From Candidatus Margulisiibacteriota bacterium (GTDB lineage: Bacteria; Margulisbacteria; WOR-1; JAKLHX01; JBAZKV01): DNA of 64,000 bases. The notes beneath the pieces are model-generated. The model had not been told where the DNA came from. It saw only the letters and a list, made by a program, of their open reading frames with translations, and ran no database searches. The position numbers were made by a program, and so were the translations under genes. Shown in pieces: positions 1 to 10,265 of the stretch. The first letter of the stretch is position 1. The number at the start of each line of letters is the position of its first letter. Location: NCBI GenBank assembly GCA_041650635.1, contig JBAZKV010000002.1:47844-111843 (forward strand), read 5' to 3'.

Positions 1-555
1 CGGCACGCCTTTATTTTTCATAACCGCCACCGGTTCTTTTTCAAGTACCATTTTCTCCATTTCGGTATCGGAACTCATCGACCCGGCAGAGATAGCCACA
101 TTATCCCTTTCAAAAGACAGTCTGTCCTTTGCGTATATTTTCTTGTCGTCAAGGGACCAGACAAGCGAAGCTGTCTCGAACCTGGATATCCCTTCATAAC
201 CTAGGGGGGAAAAGACCTCTATGCTTTTCTTTTTCATGTCCCAAAACACCTTTGGCGCTATTATATTGAGAGACGGTTTCCCGTCCTTAAAAAAAATGCC
301 GTGGATGCGGTCCAATTCCGCTTTTTGGGTAGAATTGTTGATATGAGAGGATTCAGCTCTTATTTCCCAAAACTTTACCCCTCCGGCTATTTCGGAAAAA
401 ACCGCCTCCTTCATCGACAGGTCAGACCTCTGTTTTTGGGATTCAAGTTTGTTCGAGATCCTTTTGGCAAGGTCCTTTTCCGGAGTAAATACCGCCCAGA
501 CAAAAACAAGAGAAAGGACTACGGCAAGGGCAATAAGAGAGGTTCTGCTGTTCAT
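1..555 (-). CDS. membrane-anchored periplasmic protein, possibly LptC-family; 3' end runs off the window
   Basis: Minus-strand reading frame from ATG (plus 553-555) gives MNSRTSLIALAVVLSLVFVWAVF... (N-terminal TM helix then a soluble domain) with no stop before position 1. The overlapping plus ORF 301..624 has no coherent features. Confidence 0.35.
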   Translation of the reverse strand, partial: MNSRTSLIALAVVLSLVFVWAVFTPEKDLAKRISNKLESQKQRSDLSMKEAVFSEIAGGVKFWEIRAESSHINNSTQKAELDRIHGIFFKDGKPSLNIIAPKVFWDMKKKSIEVFSPLGYEGISRFETASLVWSLDDKKIYAKDRLSFERDNVAISAGSMSSDTEMEKMVLEKEPVAVMKNKGVP

Positions 556-556
556 T

Positions 557-1171
557 TTAGTAGCCGAGGGCTTTTAGCCTCAGCGCTTCCATTGTTTCGG
601 CAAATCCGGCGGCAGGACGGTTGATCTTATAGTATCCCTGTCCCAGTCCCAGATGGAAAGCCGCGACATTTGAATCTATCGAGATGGCTTTTTTCATGTG
701 GTCAATTGCTTCATTCCATTTGTTCTGCTCGGCATAGATTATCGCCATATATCCCCAGGGCCACGGGCTGCCCGGCTGAATAGCGGCAATATTGCGCATT
801 TCCTGGAGGGCATAATCCTGATAGCCGCCAAAATAGTAGGCAAAAGCCAGCCGGAACCTTGTCCGCCAATCGGAAGGGTTCTTGCTGACCATGGGATAGT
901 ATCTTTCAATAAGTTTTCTTGCGTAAGCGGTCTTATTTCCCGCCAGATCGGCCGTCTTTTTAAGCTGGTCCAACCCCTCCTGTATCTTATTGGTGTAGGC
1001 ATAGGTTATAGCAAGGTCAAAATGCGCGTCAGGGGATGCCGGGCTGGCGGACAGGGCCGCCTCCTTTTTGGAGATCTCGCTCCTGAATTCCGGGGTCATG
1101 ACCCAGGCAAACGAAACGGAGCAAAAGATCATAAGCGCTAAGATAACAGCTGCACATTTTCCTGTTTTCAT
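557..1171 (-). CDS. TPR-repeat protein with signal peptide
   Basis: Signal peptide MKTGKCAAVILALMIFCSVSFA followed by repeated ~34-aa helical units (AxxxY/W patterns) typical of tetratricopeptide repeats. Confidence 0.65.
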   Translation of the reverse strand: MKTGKCAAVILALMIFCSVSFAWVMTPEFRSEISKKEAALSASPASPDAHFDLAITYAYTNKIQEGLDQLKKTADLAGNKTAYARKLIERYYPMVSKNPSDWRTRFRLAFAYYFGGYQDYALQEMRNIAAIQPGSPWPWGYMAIIYAEQNKWNEAIDHMKKAISIDSNVAAFHLGLGQGYYKINRPAAGFAETMEALRLKALGY

Positions 1172-1201
1172 AGGGTATTATTATAACATTAAAGGGCCCA
1201 A

Positions 1202-1798
1202 ATGAAAAAAGTCAGAATAATAAAAGCCTTCACAAAAGCATCGATAAGAACAGCCGCCCGCAAAGCCGCTCAAGAGCTTAAAGCGGGCCACCTTATCATA
1301 TTCCCGACAGATACTGTCTACGGCATCGGGGCTGACCCCGGAAATCCCCAAGCCGTGAGAAGACTGTTCAAGGCCAAACAAAGGCCCCTTTCCAAGCCTT
1401 TTCAATTGCTTGTCGGCAGCCTGCAACAGGCAAAGAAAGCAGCCAAAAAGATCACCAAAGAGGCTGCGGCACTGATGGCTTCCAACTGGCCGGGCCCTCT
1501 GACAATAGTTGTGGAGAAAAATAAGCAGGTGCCTGATACCGTGACTTCCGGACTTAAGACCGTCGGCCTGCGCCTTCCTGACCACCCTGTCGCCCTTGAG
1601 ATAATAAAAGCCTTTAAAGGACCTGTCGCGGCCTCTTCTGCCAACCTTTCAGGCAAAAAACCTCCTAGGACCGCACGGGAAGCCGTCCTACAGATCAAAG
1701 ACAAAGCGTCGCTGGTCATTGATTCGGGAAAAACTTTAAAAGGAGTTCCCTCAAGGATAGTTGATGCAACAGGAAAAAAACTTAAGGTGCTTAGATAA
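1202..1798 (+). CDS. tsaC: L-threonylcarbamoyladenylate synthase (YrdC/Sua5/TsaC family)
   Basis: 198 aa with HLIIFPTDTVYGIGADP and SSANLSGK motifs characteristic of the YrdC/Sua5 fold. Confidence 0.8.
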   Translation: MKKVRIIKAFTKASIRTAARKAAQELKAGHLIIFPTDTVYGIGADPGNPQAVRRLFKAKQRPLSKPFQLLVGSLQQAKKAAKKITKEAAALMASNWPGPLTIVVEKNKQVPDTVTSGLKTVGLRLPDHPVALEIIKAFKGPVAASSANLSGKKPPRTAREAVLQIKDKASLVIDSGKTLKGVPSRIVDATGKKLKVLR

Positions 1799-1809
1799 TA
1801 GGCCTGCTT

Positions 1810-2511
1810 TTAAGAAAGTATCTTTGAAGCTTCCCGACAAAATTCTTCAAGGTCCGCAGAACACCCAAAAGTCGAAAGATTATGAATAAGATGAATCTCT
1901 GCTTCGCCGTTCGCTCTGAACGACAAAAGGCGGGACTGCAGCCCAAGGGCTTCTTTAAGCAGGGCAAGGGTTTCTATATGCATGATGTCCGAAACCGTGC
2001 CATGCCCCATTCTGAGACGGTATACCGAAAACTCCCCGACTGTCAGAGGCTCCCTGTAAGGCACCTTCATCGGGCCAAAGATCTCCCCCGTATCCTGATA
2101 GTATGCGCCAAGCCCGCTTTCCCATACGGCATGAAGCAGATCGCTGCTTTCATGAGGCTCCTCAGCTCTTAAAAGCTGGGGATAATAGATATAGGACAAA
2201 CCCCGCGGATAAAAACCCATCACATGTTCTCTAAGTAACGGAAGAGAAGCCGGAGACTCATCCCTTACCGCATTAAAGAACCGATAACAGTTCATGAATT
2301 CCGTATGGGAGACCCCCTGGAACCTGAAAAGACCGAACTGCTGGTCAGTTATTTTGATCAGCGCCCCCGAAATGGCGTTCATACACGCTGTCGAAAGATA
2401 GGTCGCTCCGGTGCGTTCGGGGCTGACCCTGAATAATTCGCGGCTTGCCAGTATAGCCGCCTGGGTATTACCGGATTTTATTATATCAAAGACTCCTGAC
2501 GGGCATCTCAT
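1810..2511 (-). CDS. hypothetical protein
   Basis: 233-aa ORF with normal local composition and no family-diagnostic motif that I recognise. Confidence 0.4.
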   Translation of the reverse strand: MRCPSGVFDIIKSGNTQAAILASRELFRVSPERTGATYLSTACMNAISGALIKITDQQFGLFRFQGVSHTEFMNCYRFFNAVRDESPASLPLLREHVMGFYPRGLSYIYYPQLLRAEEPHESSDLLHAVWESGLGAYYQDTGEIFGPMKVPYREPLTVGEFSVYRLRMGHGTVSDIMHIETLALLKEALGLQSRLLSFRANGEAEIHLIHNLSTFGCSADLEEFCREASKILS

Positions 2512-2568
2512 AGAAGCCTCCTTAATACTTGTCGGTATTTTTGCGCGTGGATTTCAGAACGAAAGAGG

Positions 2569-3768
2569 TTAAAAGGTCAGAGCCACCTCATACCACTGGG
2601 TAACGACTACTTTGCCCTGGTCGGGGTCATAGGCGCGCTTGGCATTGGCGATAACCTGCGTAAAGGGATTGACTTTATAGCCCAGTTTTGTGGTTATTAT
2701 GGCGCCTTCTCTAAGGTCAAGGCTTCTTGCATCCACAAAGTTAGGCTGATAGTAACCTGCGGCGGCAAAATACTGACTTCCAAGGTTGGCCGAAGCCTCG
2801 GCCTTAAGGGCACTGTTGCTCCCGTTGTAGCCCTCCAGCACCGCCCAGAATTTGGCGGCGCCAAGAACATCCCCCGTCAGGGAAACCTTATAACCGTCCC
2901 TGCTGATGCCGGCTGCTTCGTAAGAAACAATGTCGACCGGGTTGGTCTCATATTCCTCGTTGTAGTATTCAGGAACAAAGTCGCGGTCCAGATATCTTTT
3001 TTCCGCCTTAAAATTGAGCCTAGCCAGCGCCACATCGTATCCCGCAGAAATACCTGCAGAAAGGCCTCCCCCATGATTGTTAAGCCTGGCATATTCCGCA
3101 AAGAGGATCGAATTCAGGAAAAAAGGAGCCATAGCATCAACTCCCCAGCCTGATTGTGAGGGAAATACCTTCTGGGTCCCGTCCGGCTTTATCTGGTTGA
3201 TACCGTCAGCATCGCAGACAAAATACTGTCCTAAGGTAAGGTAAGGCAGGACCTGCTGCGTTGCCCTCGCGCCGTAAACCCTTGACCAGGTGCCCAGAAC
3301 CTCTATGCCGTAAATGCCCTTCTTATAATATGCCCTTAAGCCAGCCTGCTGGTCCGAAGGTATCAGCCCTCCCTTTAAGACCGTTGTATAATTGCTCATC
3401 AAAAGACCTGCCCCGTAGGTAACATTGCTGAGCAGCCCGTACCTTGCGCCCCAGTCCGGGGTCGCATATTCCAGGTATCTCACCACCATACTGTCTATCC
3501 CGACTTTATCTCCGTTGTACAAAGGCACATTGATATCAAAGCCCAAACCCAGTGCGCCGTATTTGAAATCCGGGTTCCATCTGAACACCGGGGCCGAAAC
3601 CCCTCCGTTGTTCACGATGCCAAAGCCGCCGGCATTGGCAAATGTTCCCGCCATCAGCGGCCTGGTTGAAAGGGGATCGACAGAAACAGAGAACAGATTG
3701 ACCGGATCGGCCGCTTGCGCTGCTTGAATTAACCCCGCCAACAGAATAACGGCCAGCAGTTTTTTCAT
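2569..3768 (-). CDS. outer-membrane beta-barrel protein (porin-like)
   Basis: Probable true start at MKKLLAVILLAGLIQAAQA (signal peptide). The protein is G/Y/N-rich with alternating hydrophobic residues and a C-terminal ...ALTF (terminal Phe typical of OMPs). The 26 upstream codons of the ORF are an artefact of reading through a heptamer DNA repeat. Confidence 0.6.
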   Translation of the reverse strand: MKKLLAVILLAGLIQAAQAADPVNLFSVSVDPLSTRPLMAGTFANAGGFGIVNNGGVSAPVFRWNPDFKYGALGLGFDINVPLYNGDKVGIDSMVVRYLEYATPDWGARYGLLSNVTYGAGLLMSNYTTVLKGGLIPSDQQAGLRAYYKKGIYGIEVLGTWSRVYGARATQQVLPYLTLGQYFVCDADGINQIKPDGTQKVFPSQSGWGVDAMAPFFLNSILFAEYARLNNHGGGLSAGISAGYDVALARLNFKAEKRYLDRDFVPEYYNEEYETNPVDIVSYEAAGISRDGYKVSLTGDVLGAAKFWAVLEGYNGSNSALKAEASANLGSQYFAAAGYYQPNFVDARSLDLREGAIITTKLGYKVNPFTQVIANAKRAYDPDQGKVVVTQWYEVALTF

Positions 3769-3793
3769 CTTCCCCTCTCCTCTTTTCAATTTC

Positions 3794-3842
3794 TCATTGG
3801 AAATTGGTAATTGGTCATTGGAAATTGGCAATTGGAAATTGG
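3794..3842. repeat. 7 tandem copies of heptanucleotide [T/A/C][C/A]ATTGG
   Basis: tcattgg aaattgg taattgg tcattgg aaattgg caattgg aaattgg, read directly, 26-74 nt upstream of the porin start on the minus strand. Confidence 0.9.
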
Positions 3843-3855
3843 ACATTTCCCCGCA

Positions 3856-5400
3856 TCAGTGTCTAAAATGCCTTCTCCCCGTGAACAGCATGACCATCCT
3901 GTTCTTATCCGCCGCTTTGATGACCTCTTCGTCCCTTATAGAGCCTCCGGGCTGTATTATAGCCGATATCCTGTGTTTTTTGGCAAGTTCCACCGAATCA
4001 GCGAACGGGAAATAGCCGTCCGATGCCATAACAGCCCCGGAGCAGGAGCTTCCCGCCATTTCCAGCGCTATCTTTGCGGACCCCACCCGGTTGGGCTGCC
4101 CTGCTCCTATCCCCAAGGTGGCGCCGTTCTTGGCAAGGACTATAGCATTGGATTTTACGAACTTGCAGATGCCCCAGGCAAAGAAAAGATCCTCGATCTC
4201 CTTCAGAGAGGGCTGCTTTTTGGTTACCGTCCTGATGTCGGATATTGTAAGCTCTGCCCTGTCGGCTTCCTGGACAAGGAAACCTCCCGCCACTTTTTTA
4301 AAGTCGCATCTTGTGCTGCGGTTAAAATCCGCCGGGCATTTTATCAGGCGCAGGTTCTTTTTTTCGCAAAGCACAGAGAGGGCACCTTTTGAGAACTCCG
4401 GGGCTATGATGACTTCCGCAAAAAGCTTGAACATTTCGCGCGCGGCACCTTCGTCAACTTCCCTGTTGCAGGCGATTATCCCCCCATAAGCGGATACGGG
4501 ATCGCATTTGAGCGCTTTTTGATAAGCGTCCCTGACCGATCTTGAAGTGGCCACTCCGCAGGGATTATTGTGTTTTACGATGGCGACCGTCAGGTCGGCA
4601 AAGTAATTGACGATGCCGTAGGCTGCTTCCATGTCCAGGATATTATTGAACGACAGTTCTTTGCCGTGGAGCTTACGGATGTCAACGAGGCCCCTGCCCT
4701 CTGACCTATAAAAAGCCGCCGGCTGATGAGGATTTTCTCCATAGCGCAGGTCCATTTCTTTTTCCAGTTTCAACATCATTTCCTTTGGAAAGGATTCGGT
4801 ATCCTTGACCGGCGACAGATAGGCGCTGATGGCCTCGTCATATCTGCCGGTCAAAAGGAACGCCTCCCTCTGCAGTTCGATATTGGTAGCCAGGCTGATC
4901 ACGGAAGAATTGGAACCTAGCTCTTTAAGGATCCTGTCGTACTGGTCGGGGCTGGTGACAACGGAAACATGCCTGTAATTTTTTGAGGCCGCCCTTATCA
5001 TGGCGGGACCTCCGATGTCGATGTTCTCTATGGCCTCTTCGTGGGTGAATTTTTTCCTGGCCACCACTTTTTCAAATGGATAGAGATTGATAACAACCAT
5101 GTCTATCTGAGGAATGCCGTATTTCGAGAGCATCTTCATGTGAGAGGGATCGTCCCTTAAAGCAAGAAGCCCGCCGTGGATCTTTGGATGAAGCGTCTTT
5201 ACCCTTCCGTCCATCATTTCCGGGAATTTGGTTATTTTGCTGACCTCAATAACTTTGACGCCTGCTTTTTTGAGCTCCCTAAAGGTTCCCCCGCTGGCTA
5301 TTATTTTGAACCCGTGTTTTTCAAGCCCCTTGGCAAACGGCTTGATCCCCTTTTTGTCGAACACGCTTATCAACGCGTACCTGGCCTGCTTTTTCTTCAT
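3856..5400 (-). CDS. purH: bifunctional AICAR transformylase / IMP cyclohydrolase
   Basis: 514 aa. N-terminal MGS-like domain (ALISVFDKKGI...ASGGT) followed by the AICARFT domain; this is the canonical PurH architecture. Confidence 0.9.
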   Translation of the reverse strand: MKKKQARYALISVFDKKGIKPFAKGLEKHGFKIIASGGTFRELKKAGVKVIEVSKITKFPEMMDGRVKTLHPKIHGGLLALRDDPSHMKMLSKYGIPQIDMVVINLYPFEKVVARKKFTHEEAIENIDIGGPAMIRAASKNYRHVSVVTSPDQYDRILKELGSNSSVISLATNIELQREAFLLTGRYDEAISAYLSPVKDTESFPKEMMLKLEKEMDLRYGENPHQPAAFYRSEGRGLVDIRKLHGKELSFNNILDMEAAYGIVNYFADLTVAIVKHNNPCGVATSRSVRDAYQKALKCDPVSAYGGIIACNREVDEGAAREMFKLFAEVIIAPEFSKGALSVLCEKKNLRLIKCPADFNRSTRCDFKKVAGGFLVQEADRAELTISDIRTVTKKQPSLKEIEDLFFAWGICKFVKSNAIVLAKNGATLGIGAGQPNRVGSAKIALEMAGSSCSGAVMASDGYFPFADSVELAKKHRISAIIQPGGSIRDEEVIKAADKNRMVMLFTGRRHFRH

Positions 5401-6008
5401 TCCTTTATTATCACCTTTCTGTCTTTGATGTTGACCCTGCCTTCCGATATCAATTGTATCGCCTTTGGATACAGTTTGTGCTCTTCTGTAAGTATCCTGG
5501 CGGACAGAGAAGCTTCTGTATCACCGGGCAGCACCGGCACGGTCTTTTGAAGGATTATCGGCCCCGTATCGCAGCCCTCATCGACAAAGTGGACCGTACA
5601 GCCGGACTCTTTTACTCTTGCCTCGATCGCCTGCCTCTGCGCATGAAGTCCCGAAAACGACGGAAGCAGCGCGGGGTGGATGTTTATGATCTTCCATTTG
5701 TATTTTTTTATTATCTCCTGCCCCACTATCCTCATATAGCCGGCAAGGCAGATAAGACCCGGGCTATAGGAATCTATTGTCTTAAGCAGCTGCGCTTCGT
5801 AGGCTTTTTTATCGGAATAATCCTTGTGGTTTACTACCACAGCCGGTATGCCGTGCTTTTTTGCCCTTTCAAGGCCCTGCACCCCCGGCACATTCGAGAT
5901 GACCGCCTTTATCTGTGCCGAAACCTGTCCGCTTTTTACGGCATCAATTATTGCCTGAAGATTTGATCCCCGTCCGGAGATGAGGATGACCAGATCTATT
6001 TTTCTCAC
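5397..6008 (-). CDS. purN: phosphoribosylglycinamide formyltransferase
   Basis: 203 aa with ILISGRGSNLQAII and the formyl-transferase core (HPALLPSFSG). It overlaps purH by 4 nt, indicating an operon. Confidence 0.85.
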   Translation of the reverse strand: MRKIDLVILISGRGSNLQAIIDAVKSGQVSAQIKAVISNVPGVQGLERAKKHGIPAVVVNHKDYSDKKAYEAQLLKTIDSYSPGLICLAGYMRIVGQEIIKKYKWKIINIHPALLPSFSGLHAQRQAIEARVKESGCTVHFVDEGCDTGPIILQKTVPVLPGDTEASLSARILTEEHKLYPKAIQLISEGRVNIKDRKVIIKE

Positions 6009-6101
6009 CGCATTTGAATTATAGCATACCGAAATCAGCCTCCAGATCTTACGATATATAGGTAAGAGGGGTAAGAGGACGGCAGAGAAAGGAGAGAGAA
6101 G

Positions 6102-6719
6102 ATGGCAGAAGTATCAAGAGCTCAATTGGACAGACAGATGGCGGCTGCAAGAGCACAGGGACAAAGGAACAACACCATAACAAGAAGATGGGAAACAGCC
6201 TGTCAGGTTGTTAGGTTCATCGCAATGATCCCTCTTTTGCCGCTTACTTTGACAGGTTGCGCAGGGGCTGGGCCTGCATCAGGAACCGCGCCGGCACCGC
6301 AATCGAGGCTTGCCATAGACCAGAGCGGCAATGTTCATGTTTTTGTCGGGAACAAGGAAAGGACCCTTTATAAGGAGCCAGGTCAAGTACCCACAGAGCC
6401 AAAAACAATAGTGCTTTTAAGCGAGTCTACCCAGGCCGAAGTGCTTACTCTTTATGTAAACTCCAACGGCCTGCTCAAAATGCATAGAACATATACGCAA
6501 AGCTGCGGAAGCGGGACAGATCACAAAATGAAAGTGTCCGAGTACAGGACAGGAAATGCCATACCCCCCGATGCAAAGATCCTGAAAGACGTTAAACAGG
6601 TGACCGGCTGGCACTACAAAGTCGCAGTTGATGCCCAGGGCATCATTTATTCTTATATAGTAAATGACATCACCGGCCAGAGCCCTATAGCTCAAGGCGG
6701 AGGAACAATAATCTACTAG
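6102..6719 (+). CDS. hypothetical lipoprotein
   Basis: 205 aa with a hydrophobic stretch ending in LTLTGCAG (lipobox-like). Confidence 0.4.
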   Translation: MAEVSRAQLDRQMAAARAQGQRNNTITRRWETACQVVRFIAMIPLLPLTLTGCAGAGPASGTAPAPQSRLAIDQSGNVHVFVGNKERTLYKEPGQVPTEPKTIVLLSESTQAEVLTLYVNSNGLLKMHRTYTQSCGSGTDHKMKVSEYRTGNAIPPDAKILKDVKQVTGWHYKVAVDAQGIIYSYIVNDITGQSPIAQGGGTIIY

Positions 6720-6801
6720 TGATCTCACGCTAATAAGAAGGGCATCCTTATCAGATGCCCTTTTTGTTGCACCCGGACGCTCCAAATGTTATTATTTCTT
6801 T

Positions 6802-7845
6802 ATGAACTACAAAGGTCTCATCGACAAATACAGGCATCATCTTCCCGTCACGGACAAAACGCCGGTTATTTCTTTTTTTGAAGGCAACACTCCCCTGCTT
6901 TACGCGAAAAGACTCAGTGAAAAAACCGGGCTCAAAGTTTATTTAAAGTACGAGGGCGCAAACCCCACAGGGTCTTTTAAGGACCGCGGAATGACGATGG
7001 CGGTAAGCAAAGCCCTGGAAAAGGGTTTTAAGGCGGTTGCCTGCGCCTCAACAGGGAACACTTCGGCATCCGCGGCCGCCTACAGCGCAAAAGCCGGGCT
7101 GGACTGTATCGTGGTAATCCCTGGAGGAAAGATAGCGCTGGGCAAACTTGCTCAGGCCCTGATGCACGGGGCAAAGGTCTTTGCCATTGACGGCAATTTT
7201 GACAGAGCTCTAGAAGTGATCAGGGAGCTGTGCTCAAACTACCCGATTGAATTGGTCAACTCTATCAACCCTTACAGGATAGAAGGGCAAAAGACGGCCG
7301 CTTTTGAGATCTGCGATTTTCTCGGCTCTGCACCAGACTATCAGTGCATGCCGGTCGGGAACGCCGGCAACATCACCGCCTACTGGAAAGGCTATAAGGA
7401 ATACAGGGATAGAGGAAAAATAAAGGCTCTGCCAAAGATGCTTGGATTTCAGGCGGAGGGATCTGCCCCGATAGTGCTGGGACATCCGGTGGAAAAACCC
7501 GAGACCGTGGCCACCGCGATCAGGATCGGCAATCCTGCCAGTTGGGACAGCGCGGTTAATGCGGCAAAAGAATCCGAAGGTTCTATCAGAATAGTGACCG
7601 ATGAAGAGATACTGGATGCTTATAAACTTGTGGCATCGACCGAGGGAGTTTTTTGTGAGCCGGCTTCTGCCGCCTCCATAGCAGGTCTTTTGCGGTACGG
7701 CAAAGATATCCCGAAAGGCGCAACAGTTGCCTGTATACTTACCGGGCACGGTTTGAAAGACCCCGATAACGCTGTTAAAAAGGGCAGCGCCCTCATAAAA
7801 GCGCCTGCCAGCGCCAAAGAGATCGCAAAACTGCTGGGATACTGA
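6802..7845 (+). CDS. thrC: threonine synthase (PLP-dependent)
   Basis: 347 aa with FEGNTPLL...[14 protein letters not shown] (PLP-lysine motif) of the short-form threonine synthase. Confidence 0.85.
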   Translation: MNYKGLIDKYRHHLPVTDKTPVISFFEGNTPLLYAKRLSEKTGLKVYLKYEGANPTGSFKDRGMTMAVSKALEKGFKAVACASTGNTSASAAAYSAKAGLDCIVVIPGGKIALGKLAQALMHGAKVFAIDGNFDRALEVIRELCSNYPIELVNSINPYRIEGQKTAAFEICDFLGSAPDYQCMPVGNAGNITAYWKGYKEYRDRGKIKALPKMLGFQAEGSAPIVLGHPVEKPETVATAIRIGNPASWDSAVNAAKESEGSIRIVTDEEILDAYKLVASTEGVFCEPASAASIAGLLRYGKDIPKGATVACILTGHGLKDPDNAVKKGSALIKAPASAKEIAKLLGY

Positions 7846-8993
7846 TGCCTGTTGTTTCTATAGTACGCTGCAATTCCTATATAGAAGCAGAGATCGAAAG
7901 GTCCGTAAAAGAAGCCGTTGACCTTATAGGGGGCATCTCTTCCTTTGTCAGGCCCGGCCAAAAAGTGCTCCTTAAGGTTAATGCGCTGATGGCAAGCGCG
8001 CCCGAAACCGCCTGCCCCACCCACCCCGCCGTGGTAAGTGCCGCGGCAAAATTCGTTCTGGACCTCGGAGCCGTACCCGTGATCGGCGACAGCCCGGGAG
8101 GATCAAAGACCGTTTTTGGTCATGTTTTCGAAACCTGCGGCTACAATAAAGTTGCTAAGGACCTCAATATAAAGACCCAGGACCTGAAAAAACTGCCCGT
8201 TAAGCAGGTCAATATTAAGCTCAGGAAGAAAACGATCAGCGTTCCGGTGGCAGACCTTTACGGAAGTTTTGACTCGGTCATCAATCTGCCCAAGTTCAAA
8301 ACTCATATCCTGACCGTTACTACCGGAGCCGTAAAGAACATGTTCGGCTCGGTGCCCGGCTTCTACAAATCAAGGCTGCACTTTATCGCGCCCGGGATCG
8401 ATGATTTTTCTTCCGTACTGCTGGAAGTATATAGGAACTCTCTGCCCTCCCTGACCATAATGGACGCGGTAGAATCCATGGAGGGCAACGGCCCCTCCGG
8501 GGGAAGAGCAGTAAAGACGGGAACCGTCTTTGCCTCTGACAGCGGCCTTGCGCTTGACATCGTATCTGCCCGCTGTGCGGGCTTCGAGCCTGCTGAACTT
8601 CCGGTGCTTGAGGCCGCAAAAAGAGCCGGTCTTGACACTGAGATCTCCGGTATCAGGACCGTCGGGATACAAATTACAAAAGGTCTCTTTGGCAGGTTCA
8701 AAAAGCCCGTCAGTGTTTACAGGCTTACAAAAAGGGTCCCTGCCGTGCTGATAGACGGGTTCGGCTTTATACTTAGGAGCATCAAGAACCTGCCGCAGAT
8801 CGATAAAAAGAAGTGTATCGCCTGCCAGACCTGCGCCGTCAGCTGTCCGGCCGGATGCATCACTATTGTAAAAGACGCCAGATATGATATAAACTATAAC
8901 AAATGCGTGGCGTGCTTCTGCTGCCACGAACTGTGTCCGGAAAAGGCCGTCAAGATAAAAAAGAGCCTGCTGGCCCGCGTTTTGTCGTTATGA
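7845..8993 (+). CDS. DUF362 domain protein with C-terminal 2x[4Fe-4S] ferredoxin domain
   Basis: The N-terminal region resembles DUF362. The C-terminus has CIACQTCAVSCP and CVACFCCHELCP cluster motifs. Its start overlaps the thrC stop (TGATG). Confidence 0.55.
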   Translation: MPVVSIVRCNSYIEAEIERSVKEAVDLIGGISSFVRPGQKVLLKVNALMASAPETACPTHPAVVSAAAKFVLDLGAVPVIGDSPGGSKTVFGHVFETCGYNKVAKDLNIKTQDLKKLPVKQVNIKLRKKTISVPVADLYGSFDSVINLPKFKTHILTVTTGAVKNMFGSVPGFYKSRLHFIAPGIDDFSSVLLEVYRNSLPSLTIMDAVESMEGNGPSGGRAVKTGTVFASDSGLALDIVSARCAGFEPAELPVLEAAKRAGLDTEISGIRTVGIQITKGLFGRFKKPVSVYRLTKRVPAVLIDGFGFILRSIKNLPQIDKKKCIACQTCAVSCPAGCITIVKDARYDINYNKCVACFCCHELCPEKAVKIKKSLLARVLSL

Positions 8994-10255
8994 ACCAGGA
9001 AAAGCTAGACATAGTTATAACGTCCAACAGCCCGGGGGAGTTATACTCCTTTGTTCGGCCCTGCGTAAAAAGCATCAAAGCACTGCTTCCCTCAGCCAGG
9101 ATAATCCTTGTCATAATGCCCTGTCAGTATGCCAGCGGCAGGGAAATAGAGGTGGCAAGAAGTTTTGAGGGAGTCTACGAGATCATTTTCCCTGAAGAGT
9201 TCAGGGCTTGGATGTTCAAGAACAAGCCCCCCAAAGGCATTACTTTTGCACAAAAAGGAGTACTGTTATATCTGGGAGGGGATCTGTTCCAGGCGGGACT
9301 GCTTGCAAAAAGACTCGGCTACAGGGCCGCTGCCTACATCAACGACAGGTTCGGCTGGAACAAGCTCTTTTCCAGATTTTTTGTCGCCGATGACAGGATG
9401 GCTGCAAAAGCCGCAAGAAAAAGGATATCAAAAAGCAAAGTAAGAGTGGTCGGAGATCTGATGGCGGACGGGCAAAGAGAAGAGGTCTCAAAAGAAAAAT
9501 GGGGGCTTGATCCAAACAGGCCGGTCGTAACTTTTATGCCGGGCAGCCGGAGCGCGCACGCAAAGCATATGGCGCCGTTCTTTGTAAGGACGGCGGAATT
9601 GATGAAAGAAAAATGCGAAGCGCAGTTCGTCCTGGGACTATCCCCCTATATCAACCTTGCCTCTCTGGAAAAACACCTTAAGACAGTACCTGACAGCATG
9701 ATAAAAGAAGGTCTGGGCTCTTCAGCCAGGCTCTCAGTCGAGAACGGTCAAAACTACCTCATTTCTCAAGCCGGGTCCAGGCTGCTGATAATGGACCGGG
9801 CCCCTTATGAGGCTATGGGAGTTAGCGATCTTATCCTGACCATTCCGGGGACCAACACAGCGGAGGCCGCCTCGATGGGCAGGCCTATGCTGGTACTGCT
9901 TCCGCTTAACAAAACCGAGGTGTTGATCTTTGACGGCCTGGTCGGAATTGCCGGGAACCTGCCTTTCGTAGGAGGAGGAATAAAAAAACTGACCGCCTAT
10001 GTGCTCAACAGGCTTGTCAAATACACCGCCCTGCCAAATATCAAGGCGGGGAGTTTTGTGGTGCCGGAATTAAGGGGCAGATTGACCCCCGCACAAACAG
10101 CCGATAAAGCGCTCGGACTGCTTCAAGACAAAGCGCTTCTGGAGAGGACCTCAACAGCGCTGAGGGCCGTCATGGGAAAACCGGGGGCTTCAAAAAGAAT
10201 AGCCGAGGAAGTCTCCCATATGCTGAATATGTCCGGCGGTCCAAATTTGTTATAA
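8990..10255 (+). CDS. lipid-A-disaccharide synthase-like glycosyltransferase (LpxB family, GT19-like)
   Basis: Start ATG overlaps the upstream stop (ATGA). It has an N-terminal SNSPGE motif and a central MPGSRSAH motif, which resemble the GExSGD and LPGSR signatures of LpxB. Confidence 0.5.
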   Translation: MNQEKLDIVITSNSPGELYSFVRPCVKSIKALLPSARIILVIMPCQYASGREIEVARSFEGVYEIIFPEEFRAWMFKNKPPKGITFAQKGVLLYLGGDLFQAGLLAKRLGYRAAAYINDRFGWNKLFSRFFVADDRMAAKAARKRISKSKVRVVGDLMADGQREEVSKEKWGLDPNRPVVTFMPGSRSAHAKHMAPFFVRTAELMKEKCEAQFVLGLSPYINLASLEKHLKTVPDSMIKEGLGSSARLSVENGQNYLISQAGSRLLIMDRAPYEAMGVSDLILTIPGTNTAEAASMGRPMLVLLPLNKTEVLIFDGLVGIAGNLPFVGGGIKKLTAYVLNRLVKYTALPNIKAGSFVVPELRGRLTPAQTADKALGLLQDKALLERTSTALRAVMGKPGASKRIAEEVSHMLNMSGGPNLL

Positions 10256-10265
10256 TGATACGCAT

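Noticed and set aside
301-624. Plus-strand ORF of 107 aa
   Set aside because: It lies entirely antisense to a better minus-strand gene (1..555, TM anchor plus soluble domain) and to the TPR gene, and its sequence is low-complexity and basic. It is most likely spurious.
3797-4015. ORFs with LEIGNW peptide repeats (3797..4015 and 3811..4392), and the N-terminal ISNDQLPISN extension of the OMP ORF
   Set aside because: The periodicity comes from translating the AATTGG heptamer DNA repeat, and both ORFs are antisense to purH. The real OMP start is the downstream MKKLL signal peptide.
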